A stretch of 64,000 nt of DNA from the NCBI GenBank assembly GCA_965204695.1, contig OZ242007.1:451859-515858 (forward strand), read 5' to 3'. The DNA comes from Arenicellales bacterium (lineage in GTDB: Bacteria > Pseudomonadota > Gammaproteobacteria > Arenicellales > JAHEKD01). The notes under the pieces were generated by a model that saw only the letters and a program-made list of their open reading frames with translations, did not search any database and was not told the DNA's origin. The translations under genes and the position numbers were made by a program. Shown here in pieces: positions 55,889 through 64,000 of the stretch (positions are counted from its first letter, which is position 1; every line of letters starts with the position of its first letter).

Positions 55889-57556
55889 TTAGAAAAGCCC
55901 TTCCACCTGACCTTCGTCATTAATGCGGATATGGTTTGCTGCTGGAACTCTTGGCAGGCCAGGCATAGTCATAATATCGCCACATACGACCACGATAAAT
56001 CCAGCTCCAGCAGATAATCTCACTTCACGAATTGGAACTACATGTCCGGTTGGGGCGCCTTTCAAGCTCGGATCAGTTGAAAAGCTATATTGTGTCTTGG
56101 CAATACAAACTGGAAGATTGCCAAATCCAGAAGCCTCAAGATCCTTGATCGCATTACGTGTTTTTTGGTCAGCCGTAATATCGTCAGCACGATATAACTT
56201 GGTGGCAACAGATTTGATCTTGTCCCAAATACCCATATCGTCTGGATATAAGGTACCAAATTGACTCATACCACTATCGGCAACTTTAACCACTTCTTCA
56301 GCCAATTCAGTGGTACCATTTCCGCCATTAGCCCAATGACTGGCTTCAATCGCCTTAACACCGTGTTCAGCAGTAACCTCTGTGACCACATCCATTTCAG
56401 CTTGCGTATCAGCACTGAATTGGTTGATTGCGACAACCACAGGTACGCCGTATTGCTTGATATTCTCAATGTGGCGAACCAGGTTAGAGCAACCTTTTTT
56501 TACCGCTTCGACGTTTTCTTCCGTTAAAGCATCTTTTTCAACTCCTCCATGCATTTTCAAGGCACGGATTGTAGCGACTAAAACGACAGCATCAGGCGCT
56601 AAATCTGCGCTACGGCATTTGATATCGAAGAATTTCTCAGCGCCAAGGTCAGCACCAAAACCGGCTTCTGTGACAATGTAGTCAGCGAGTTTCAAGGCGG
56701 CTTTGGTAGCAATAACAGAGTTACAACCATGGGCAATATTGGCAAATGGACCACCATGGATAAAGGCTGGATTGTGTTCAAGTGTTTGTACTAAATTCGG
56801 CGCCAATGCGTCTCTCAATAACACCGTCATTGGGCCTGGAGCCATCACCGCTTCGGCACGAATCGGTTCACGGTCTCGCGTATAACCCACTACAATTCGG
56901 CTTAACCGTTCTTGTAAATCTTCCAGGTTTTTGGACAAACAGAAAATCGCCATAACTTCAGAAGCTACAGTGATGTCGAAACCGTCCTCTCGCGGATAAC
57001 CATTCGCGACACCACCCAGTGAACTGGTAATTTGACGTAACGAGCGATCATTCATATCAACGACACGGCGCCATGAGACGCGGCGAGTGTCAAAACCAGC
57101 TGCATTGCCCCAATAAATATGATTATCAATTAGAGCTGATAACAAACTATGGGCAGAAGTGATAGCATGAAAATCCCCAGTAAAATGCAGGTTGATATCT
57201 TCCATTGGGATAACCTGAGCATAGCCACCACCAGCAGCACCACCTTTCATACCAAAACACGGGCCAAGTGAAGGCTCACGCAAACAAACCATGGCTTTTT
57301 TACCAATCTTGTTCATGCCATCTGTCAACCCCACTGAGGTTGTGGTTTTACCTTCGCCAGCTGGAGTTGGTGTAATGGCAGTAACCAAAATTAATTTGCC
57401 ATCAGGCCTGTCCTTTAGCGATTCAATGTAATCCAGACTAACTTTGGCTTTGGTATGTCCATGAGGCATTAAGGATTCATTTGGAATATCCAGCTTAGCC
57501 GCAATTTCACCAATAGGTTTAATTGGTGCGGCGCGTGCAATTTCAATATCACTCAT
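55889..57556 (-). CDS. fhs: Formate--tetrahydrofolate ligase
   Basis: The 555-aa protein contains '[12 protein letters not shown]' and '[15 protein letters not shown]'. Confidence 0.95.
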   Translation of the reverse strand: MSDIEIARAAPIKPIGEIAAKLDIPNESLMPHGHTKAKVSLDYIESLKDRPDGKLILVTAITPTPAGEGKTTTSVGLTDGMNKIGKKAMVCLREPSLGPCFGMKGGAAGGGYAQVIPMEDINLHFTGDFHAITSAHSLLSALIDNHIYWGNAAGFDTRRVSWRRVVDMNDRSLRQITSSLGGVANGYPREDGFDITVASEVMAIFCLSKNLEDLQERLSRIVVGYTRDREPIRAEAVMAPGPMTVLLRDALAPNLVQTLEHNPAFIHGGPFANIAHGCNSVIATKAALKLADYIVTEAGFGADLGAEKFFDIKCRSADLAPDAVVLVATIRALKMHGGVEKDALTEENVEAVKKGCSNLVRHIENIKQYGVPVVVAINQFSADTQAEMDVVTEVTAEHGVKAIEASHWANGGNGTTELAEEVVKVADSGMSQFGTLYPDDMGIWDKIKSVATKLYRADDITADQKTRNAIKDLEASGFGNLPVCIAKTQYSFSTDPSLKGAPTGHVVPIREVRLSAGAGFIVVVCGDIMTMPGLPRVPAANHIRINDEGQVEGLF

Positions 57557-57725
57557 ACAAAATTCTCTGCGATAGGGTTATGGTTTATATTCGGGTAAGA
57601 CCCGGTAATCGCCCGGTATTTTAGTCCGAATTGACCCGATATAAAGGTAAATCGCGCATTTTACAGCTTAAATTCGAATTTGATAATCAAATTACGAAGT
57701 CGATCATCGAAAAAACGAAGAAGGC

Positions 57726-58712
57726 TTAGATTTGTAGAACAATTTTGCCGAAATGCTGGCTAGACTCCATCATTTGATGAGCTTTGACCGCTTCTGACAG
57801 AGGAAAAACCTCGAATATCAACGGCAGCATGGCTTGACTGGCGAATAACGGCATTACTGATTGTTGGAATTGCTGAATGACTTTAGCTTTTTCCTCAATC
57901 GGCCGAGAGCGTAAAACAGAACCTATAATACGCTGGCGCTTAACCATCATTAGAGCCAGATTAATTTCTGCCTTTGTACCCTGAGAAACTCCGATCTGCA
58001 TCAATGTGCCGCCTAAGGCTAAGGAGCGCATGTTATCTTGGTGATAAGGGCCACCGATATGGTCAAGAATTACGTCGACTCCCCTACCCTTGGTAATTTG
58101 TTTGATCTCATCAGCAAAAGATTGTTGTTGGTAATCAATGACGTGATCAACACCTAATGCCTTAACCCGGTCCACTTTGCCAGTTGAACAAGTCACGAAG
58201 GTAGCTACTTCTGGAGTTAAGTGTTTACACAATTGAGTTGCCGCGGTATTAACTCCCCCGCCTCCACCGTGTAACAAAACCGACTGCTGGCCGGCTAATT
58301 GCCCTAACATAAAAACGTTAAGAAAAGCAGTGATATAGGTTTCACATATACACGCAGCCTGATTGAAATCCAGTGCCTCGGGAATCATCATGATGTGATC
58401 TTCATAAGCCGTGCAATACTCGGCATAACCACCTCCCGCTACCAAAGCAAATACCCTGTCACCAACTTTCCATTTAGTCACCTCATCGCCAACTTGCTCA
58501 ACTACTCCAGCAACTTCAAGGCCTAAAATTTCTGATTCTCCTTTGGGAGCAGGATATTGCCCCATCCGCTGCATGATGTCAGGTTTGTTGACCGATGTAG
58601 CGTGGGCTTTAATTAATACTTGGGTAGCAAATGGTTCAGGCTTTGGGCTGTCCCCCAAAATCATCATTTCCGGGCCCCCAAAATCCTTGAGCAAAATGGC
58701 TTTCATAGTCAT
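57726..58712 (-). CDS. NAD(P)H:quinone oxidoreductase, MDR superfamily (PIG3-like)
   Basis: It has the GroES-like N-terminus 'GLEVAGVVEQVGDEV', the nucleotide-binding stretch 'VLLHGGGGGV' and the end 'HFGKIVLQI'. Confidence 0.8.
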   Translation of the reverse strand: MTMKAILLKDFGGPEMMILGDSPKPEPFATQVLIKAHATSVNKPDIMQRMGQYPAPKGESEILGLEVAGVVEQVGDEVTKWKVGDRVFALVAGGGYAEYCTAYEDHIMMIPEALDFNQAACICETYITAFLNVFMLGQLAGQQSVLLHGGGGGVNTAATQLCKHLTPEVATFVTCSTGKVDRVKALGVDHVIDYQQQSFADEIKQITKGRGVDVILDHIGGPYHQDNMRSLALGGTLMQIGVSQGTKAEINLALMMVKRQRIIGSVLRSRPIEEKAKVIQQFQQSVMPLFASQAMLPLIFEVFPLSEAVKAHQMMESSQHFGKIVLQI

Positions 58713-58719
58713 CCTGGCT

Positions 58720-59721
58720 TTAAAGCAACTCAGCGATTTGCACGCTATTCAAGGCCGCACCTTTGCGCACATTGTCAGATACCACCCACATATTAAGCCC
58801 CCTAGGGTGAGAAATATCCTCACGAATACGACCGACAAAAACATCATCCTTGTGGGCAGCTTCTGTTACAGCGGTTGGATAACCTCCGGGAATTTGGGTA
58901 TCCAAAACTGTAATCCCAGGTGATTTCTTCAGAATTTTCATCGCCTGCTCGGCTGTTATTTTTTCTCTCGTTTCGATATGTACTGCCTCTGAATGCCCGT
59001 AGAATACCGGCACTCGTACCGCAGTTGGGTTGACTTGAATCGAGTCATCTTCCATGATTTTTCGCGTCTCCCAGACCATTTTCATTTCTTCCTTGGTATA
59101 GCCATTGTCCAGGAAAACATCTATTTGCGGCAAAGCATTAAAGGCAATCTGCTTCGGCATGGCTTGTGGCTTTATTGGTTTGGCATTCAACAGGTTGGCC
59201 GTTTGCGAAGCCAATTCTTCAATGGCGACCTTACCAGCGCCGGAAACAGCCTGATATGTAGCTACATTAATACGCTCTATACCAACCGCATCGTAGATCG
59301 GTTTCAATGCCACCAACATTTGAATCGTCGAACAGTTAGGGTTGGCAATAATATTGTTGTGCCCTTGTATCGCATGCGGGTTAACTTCAGGCACTACCAG
59401 CGGTTTATCGTCGTCATAGCGAAAATGCGAGGTATTATCGATAACCACACAGCCTGCATCGGCAGCAATAGGCGCATACTCAGCGGAAATAGAACCACCA
59501 GCAGAAAATAAGCCGATCTGGGTCTTGGAAAAGTCAAATTCGGCCAAGTTCTCAACTGTGACTGATTTACCATTGAAGTTGATTTTTGTTCCGGCAGAAC
59601 GCTCACTGGAGAGTGGATAAATATTCTCTACTGGAAAATTTCGTTGCTGCAAAATATCCAGCATGGCCTCGCCAACTGCGCCAGTGGCACCGACAACTGC
59701 TACATTAAATTTGTCTGACAT
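58720..59721 (-). CDS. asd: Aspartate-semialdehyde dehydrogenase
   Basis: 'VAVVGATGAVG' and the active-site context 'ANPNCSTI' are present. It lies downstream of leuB. Confidence 0.9.
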   Translation of the reverse strand: MSDKFNVAVVGATGAVGEAMLDILQQRNFPVENIYPLSSERSAGTKINFNGKSVTVENLAEFDFSKTQIGLFSAGGSISAEYAPIAADAGCVVIDNTSHFRYDDDKPLVVPEVNPHAIQGHNNIIANPNCSTIQMLVALKPIYDAVGIERINVATYQAVSGAGKVAIEELASQTANLLNAKPIKPQAMPKQIAFNALPQIDVFLDNGYTKEEMKMVWETRKIMEDDSIQVNPTAVRVPVFYGHSEAVHIETREKITAEQAMKILKKSPGITVLDTQIPGGYPTAVTEAAHKDDVFVGRIREDISHPRGLNMWVVSDNVRKGAALNSVQIAELL

Positions 59722-59746
59722 AAATTACCTTATGATATTTAGTGTG

Positions 59747-60820
59747 TTAATTCAAAGCCTGGATTACCGCATCACCCATCTGACTTGTGCTGCAAACACT
59801 ATCATTTGATGTCGCGATATCTGGTGTTCGTAATCCTTGGGCAAGCACCTGTTTAACTGCTAATTCAATTTTATTGGCTAATTCTCCCTGACCTAGTGAA
59901 TACCGTAGCAACATTGCTAGAGATAAAATCGTAGCCAGAGGATTAGCTTTAGACTGTCCGGCAATATCGGGAGCTGAACCGTGAACAGGCTCATACAAAC
60001 CTTGTGAGAATTGATTTAACGAGGCTGAAGGCAACATGCCAATTGAACCTGTCAACATCGCCGCGCAATCCGATAAGATGTCCCCAAACATGTTGCCGGT
60101 TACGATGACATCAAACTGCTTGGGATTTCTTACCAGTTGCATGGCCGCATTGTCGACATACATGTGACTGAGTTCAACGTCGGAGTATTCTGTTGCCACC
60201 TCCTCGACTACTTCCCGCCATAATTCTGACACTTCCAATACATTGGCCTTGTCTACCGAACATAAGCGATGATTACGAGCTTGCGCTGTTTTAAAGGCAG
60301 TATGCGCGATTCGCCTAATTTCTGATTCACTATAAACCAGCGTATTAAAACCGACCCGTTCACCATCGCGATCTTCTATGCCACGTGGTTGGCCGAAATA
60401 AATACCTCCGGTTAACTCGCGAACAATCAAAATATCGAGATCCGCAACTATTTCAGCGCGTAGTGTCGAGGCATCCGCTAATTCAGAATATAAAATCGCC
60501 GGACGTAAATTTGCATACAGATCAAGCTCAGCACGTAATCTTAGTAATGCGGTTTCCGGGCGTTTACTGCGTTCAAGATTATCCCATTTAGGTCCACCGA
60601 CAGCGCCAAGCAATATTCCAGCCGCCGATTTGGCTTGATCTAACACTTCCTGAGGAAATGGATCGCCACTTTTATCGTACGCTGCTCCGCCTATATCTAG
60701 CTTACTAATTTCAGCATCCAAACCGTAATCTTGGTTTAAAAATTGCAGTAATTTTTGCGCTTCGTTAACGACTTCAGGCCCGATGCCATCACCTGGCAAT
60801 AGTAAGATTTTCGCACTCAT
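59747..60820 (-). CDS. leuB: 3-isopropylmalate dehydrogenase
   Basis: The protein contains '[11 protein letters not shown]' and 'NMFGDILSD'. Confidence 0.95.
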   Translation of the reverse strand: MSAKILLLPGDGIGPEVVNEAQKLLQFLNQDYGLDAEISKLDIGGAAYDKSGDPFPQEVLDQAKSAAGILLGAVGGPKWDNLERSKRPETALLRLRAELDLYANLRPAILYSELADASTLRAEIVADLDILIVRELTGGIYFGQPRGIEDRDGERVGFNTLVYSESEIRRIAHTAFKTAQARNHRLCSVDKANVLEVSELWREVVEEVATEYSDVELSHMYVDNAAMQLVRNPKQFDVIVTGNMFGDILSDCAAMLTGSIGMLPSASLNQFSQGLYEPVHGSAPDIAGQSKANPLATILSLAMLLRYSLGQGELANKIELAVKQVLAQGLRTPDIATSNDSVCSTSQMGDAVIQALN

Positions 60821-61458
60821 TAATTAAACACCCAGGGAGTAATTTTAGCTCGCTCAGTTTCATAGGCTTTGATTTTGTCGGCTTGCTGCAGCGTGATGCC
60901 TATATCATCCAGACCTTCCAGCAAACGATGCTTATGGCCCGGATTAATTTCGAACTCATAAATCTTACCAGTATCGGTTGTCACCGATTGATTCGGTAAG
61001 TCAACATTAAACTCGCAGCCTACATTTTCAATCACTTCAGCAAACATTTCATCGATCTGCTCATGAGATAAAATCACAGGCAAAATGCCATTCTTAAAAC
61101 AGTTGTTAAAGAAAATATCAGCGAAACTGGGGGCAATAACACAGCTAAACCCATAGTCCAACAATGCCCAGGGCGCATGTTCACGCGAAGAACCACAACC
61201 GAAGTTTTCACGTGTCAACAAAATCCCCGCTCCCTGATAACGATCGTGGTTAAGAACAAAATCCGGATTAAGTTGGCGTTTAGAATGGTCCATGCCCGGT
61301 TCACCTTTATCAAGGTAACGCCAATCATCAAACAAATTTGGACCAAAACCAGTACGCTTAATAGACTTTAAATACTGCTTTGGAATAATTTGATCAGTAT
61401 CGATATTGGCTTGATCCAATGCCGCGACTAATCCTTTTAAAGTTGTAAATTTTTGCAT
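60820..61458 (-). CDS. leuD: 3-isopropylmalate dehydratase small subunit
   Basis: The protein contains '[13 protein letters not shown]'. It is positioned between leuC and leuB. Confidence 0.95.
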   Translation of the reverse strand: MQKFTTLKGLVAALDQANIDTDQIIPKQYLKSIKRTGFGPNLFDDWRYLDKGEPGMDHSKRQLNPDFVLNHDRYQGAGILLTRENFGCGSSREHAPWALLDYGFSCVIAPSFADIFFNNCFKNGILPVILSHEQIDEMFAEVIENVGCEFNVDLPNQSVTTDTGKIYEFEINPGHKHRLLEGLDDIGITLQQADKIKAYETERAKITPWVFN

Positions 61459-61464
61459 CGCTAG

Positions 61465-62865
61465 TTACTCAACATTTACATCAACAAAATGGCCCGTGAC
61501 CGCTGCCGCTGCAGCCAAAACAGGTGAAACCAGATGTGTGCGCCCGCCTCTTCCCTGTCGACCCTCAAAATTACGATTTGAGGTCGATGCACAACGTTCA
61601 CCCGGCTCAAGCTGATCTTCATTCATCCCCAAACACATTGAACAACCAGGTTCACGCCATTCGAATCCTGCTGATTTAAACACCTGATCAATTCCTTCTT
61701 GCTCCGCCTGTTGTTTAACCAAGCCTGAGCCTGGAACCACCATAGCAAGCTTAATATTCTCGGCCAGTTTTTTACCTTTAATCACATCCGCCGCAGCCCG
61801 CAAGTCTTCAATCCGTGCGTTAGTGCATGAACCAATAAAAATTTTATCTGGGTGAATATCTTCAGCCTTCATTCCTGGTGTTAAATCCATATATTCAAGC
61901 GCACGTGTCATTCCTTCGCGCTTTACTGGATCATCCTCTTGCTCAGGATCAGGCACGGTTGCATCAATTGGCATGACCATTTCAGGTGATGTTCCCCAAC
62001 TCATAAAGGGTCTGATTTTGCTGCCATCTAATTCGATTTCCACATCAAATACAGCATCAACATCACTATGCAAATCTTGCCAATAGTCAACCGCCTGCTG
62101 CCATTGCTCAGCTTTAGGGCTATATGGCCGACCTTCAACATATTCAATTGTCTTATTATCAACAGCGACTAAGCCGGCTCTGGCCCCTGCTTCAATTGAC
62201 ATATTACAAACTGTCATCCGCCCTTCCATAGTTAGCGAACGCATTACTTCACCTGCAAATTCTATGGTATATCCAGTACCACCAGCCGTTCCAATCTTTC
62301 CGATAATAGCCAGAATCACGTCCTTAGCCGTTACTCCCGGCTGAAGCTGACCATTGACTGTCACTCGCATATTTTTTGCTTTTTTCTGCAAAACACACTG
62401 TGTTGCCAGAACATGCTCAACATCTGAAGTACCGATCCCAAATGCCAAGGCACCAAGCGCACCGTGTGTGGAAGTATGTGAATCACCGCACACTATAGTC
62501 ATACCTGGCAATGTTGAACCCTGCTCTGGACCTATAACGTGCACGATTCCCTGCCGAACATCATTCATACCAAATAATGTAATGCCGACTTCTTCACAGT
62601 TATCTGTCAAAGTGGTTACTTGCAGCCTGGAAATAGGATCAGCGATACCCTGAGTTCTATCAGTAGTCGGAACGTTATGATCAGCTACAGCCAAATTGGC
62701 ATTAATACGCCAGGGTTTGCGACCAGCCAGTTTTAAACCTTCAAAGGCTTGAGGTGAAGTGACTTCATGCACGAGTTGTCTGTCTATATAAAGTATACAA
62801 GTGCCATCATCATATTCATGGGCTAAATGCGCATCCCAGAGTTTGTCATAAAGCGTTTTGGCCAT
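61465..62865 (-). CDS. leuC: 3-isopropylmalate dehydratase large subunit
   Basis: Aconitase-family motifs 'VCGDSHT', 'GSCTNAR' and 'PGCSMCLG' are present. Confidence 0.95.
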   Translation of the reverse strand: MAKTLYDKLWDAHLAHEYDDGTCILYIDRQLVHEVTSPQAFEGLKLAGRKPWRINANLAVADHNVPTTDRTQGIADPISRLQVTTLTDNCEEVGITLFGMNDVRQGIVHVIGPEQGSTLPGMTIVCGDSHTSTHGALGALAFGIGTSDVEHVLATQCVLQKKAKNMRVTVNGQLQPGVTAKDVILAIIGKIGTAGGTGYTIEFAGEVMRSLTMEGRMTVCNMSIEAGARAGLVAVDNKTIEYVEGRPYSPKAEQWQQAVDYWQDLHSDVDAVFDVEIELDGSKIRPFMSWGTSPEMVMPIDATVPDPEQEDDPVKREGMTRALEYMDLTPGMKAEDIHPDKIFIGSCTNARIEDLRAAADVIKGKKLAENIKLAMVVPGSGLVKQQAEQEGIDQVFKSAGFEWREPGCSMCLGMNEDQLEPGERCASTSNRNFEGRQGRGGRTHLVSPVLAAAAAVTGHFVDVNVE

Positions 62866-62962
62866 TGAATCGTACCTAAAACTATTTAGCTTGAAATATT
62901 AACCAAACTAATTTATAAATCAAATTTATTATTTTTATAATTTTAATTCCAAATAGGAATAT

Positions 62963-63853
62963 ATGGATTATGATCAATTAAATACGTTTATCACCTTGGC
63001 TGATAAGGGTTCATTCTCGCTCAGCGCCGAAAAGCTTAATATTACTCAACCTGCGGTTAGTAAAAGAATTGCACTGCTAGAGGCACAATTAAATTGCAGA
63101 TTATTTGACCGTGTTGGTAAAACTAACAAGTTAACTGCAGCCGGTGAGTTAACCTTGGTCCGTGCAAAAAAAATTCTTAATGAGAGCAAAGAGTTACGGC
63201 ATGACATTGAAAATTTAACGGATGCTGTTTCTGGGAAGCTAGTCATCTCCACCAGCCATCATATTGGCCTGCATCGATTACCACCCATTTTACGAACATT
63301 TGTCGGGCTATACCCAGACGTAGAACTCGACATGCGATTTACCGATTCGGAAATTGCCTATTACGACGTATTGCATGGTGATACCTCGCTTGCTATCGCT
63401 ACACTTCCCAGCCAAATAGATAATAAGAATATTCAGATTTATTCATTGTGGTTGGATAAGCTAGTCTTGGTTTGCGCAAAAAACCACCCTTTGGCGAAAC
63501 TTAAAAAACTCAGTGCTGTGGATTTAGAGGCTCACAATGCTATATTGCCGGGCGTAGAAACCTTCACTCGTCGTATTATTGATCATTATTTTCAGTCGCA
63601 AAATCTGAAGCTTCCAATTGCCTTTGAGACCAACTACCTGGAGACAATTCGAGTCATGGTTTCCTCCGGCTTGGGCTGGTCAATCCTACCGGATATTCTT
63701 GCCAGCAAAGAATTGAAAATCATATCCTTTCCGGCGTTAGATCTAACTCGTGAATTAGGTGCGATTGTAAACAAAAACATGACTTTGCCAAATTCTGCCC
63801 TAGCAATGATCGAATTATTGAAAGCACAAAGTGATTTCAATAAGCTAAATTGA
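62963..63853 (+). CDS. LysR-family transcriptional regulator, divergent from leuC
   Basis: The HTH is 'FSLSAEKLNITQPAVSKRIALLEAQLNCRLFDR'. Confidence 0.9.
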   Translation: MDYDQLNTFITLADKGSFSLSAEKLNITQPAVSKRIALLEAQLNCRLFDRVGKTNKLTAAGELTLVRAKKILNESKELRHDIENLTDAVSGKLVISTSHHIGLHRLPPILRTFVGLYPDVELDMRFTDSEIAYYDVLHGDTSLAIATLPSQIDNKNIQIYSLWLDKLVLVCAKNHPLAKLKKLSAVDLEAHNAILPGVETFTRRIIDHYFQSQNLKLPIAFETNYLETIRVMVSSGLGWSILPDILASKELKIISFPALDLTRELGAIVNKNMTLPNSALAMIELLKAQSDFNKLN

Positions 63854-64000
63854 TTGATTCTCCTGGTCTTGTGCCGGAACCGCAATATTTTTACTAAAAT
63901 CCGGCTAAACTAGGGATTCTTACCGTAACAGTCCTTGCAGGCTGATCCGATGAACATCGCGCATTATTAAAATAGCGATGTTCAATCTATAGTTATTCTC

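Noticed and set aside
57557-57725. A possible ZTP (pfl) or THF riboswitch in the fhs leader, prompted by the direct repeat TACCGGG(C/T) and small hairpins at 57591-57640.
   Set aside because: None of the conserved cores is present. There is no GACTGGCG or CCGCCTGGGC for ZTP and no THF-type junction sequence. Only short, low-information stems are visible.
62915-62929. The palindrome ATAAAT-CAA-ATTTAT between leuC and its divergent LysR gene as a LysR T-N11-A box.
   Set aside because: It is plausible, but such AT palindromes arise by chance in this very AT-rich spacer. It cannot be supported from the sequence alone.

Overview
This is a 64-kb chromosomal window from an AT-rich Gram-negative bacterium, probably a marine gammaproteobacterium. 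The leuC-leuD-leuB-asd synteny resembles Pseudomonadales/Oceanospirillales, but I did not identify the organism. Most of the window is housekeeping. It holds a cobalamin-salvage block (cobU, then a B12 riboswitch, then a btuB/F/C/D-like uptake operon), tRNA-Ala and tRNA-Glu, and an MscS channel. It also holds a glutamine-synthetase-family ligase, a non-Pyl MttB-family methyltransferase, queF, yceI and cytochrome b561. Further along are gcvT-gcvH-gcvP-lipA, an aapJQMP-type amino-acid ABC transporter, peroxiredoxin, fhs, a quinone oxidoreductase, asd, leuBDC and five LysR regulators. Accessory content includes a hicAB pair next to a nuclease-like gene and a decayed brnTA pair. One intact IS1182-family element sits inside the loop of a terminator hairpin. 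Two secreted RCC1-repeat proteins are present and both are disrupted. There is also a 1017-aa kinase/M23/aminotransferase fusion. Two loci look undescribed to me. The first (25.6-30.5 kb) is an AT-rich island in which a stand-alone FabH-like (KAS III) condensing enzyme and an 82-aa coupled ORF lie among three paralogous 7-TM membrane proteins that each end in a Fis-type HTH. The second (46.4-49.2 kb) is a single ORF fusing a complete NRPS-type adenylation-thiolation didomain to a polytopic permease. Several accessory genes carry nonsense or frameshift lesions while all long housekeeping ORFs are intact. All calls come from reading the sequence and the ORF translations; no database search was run.
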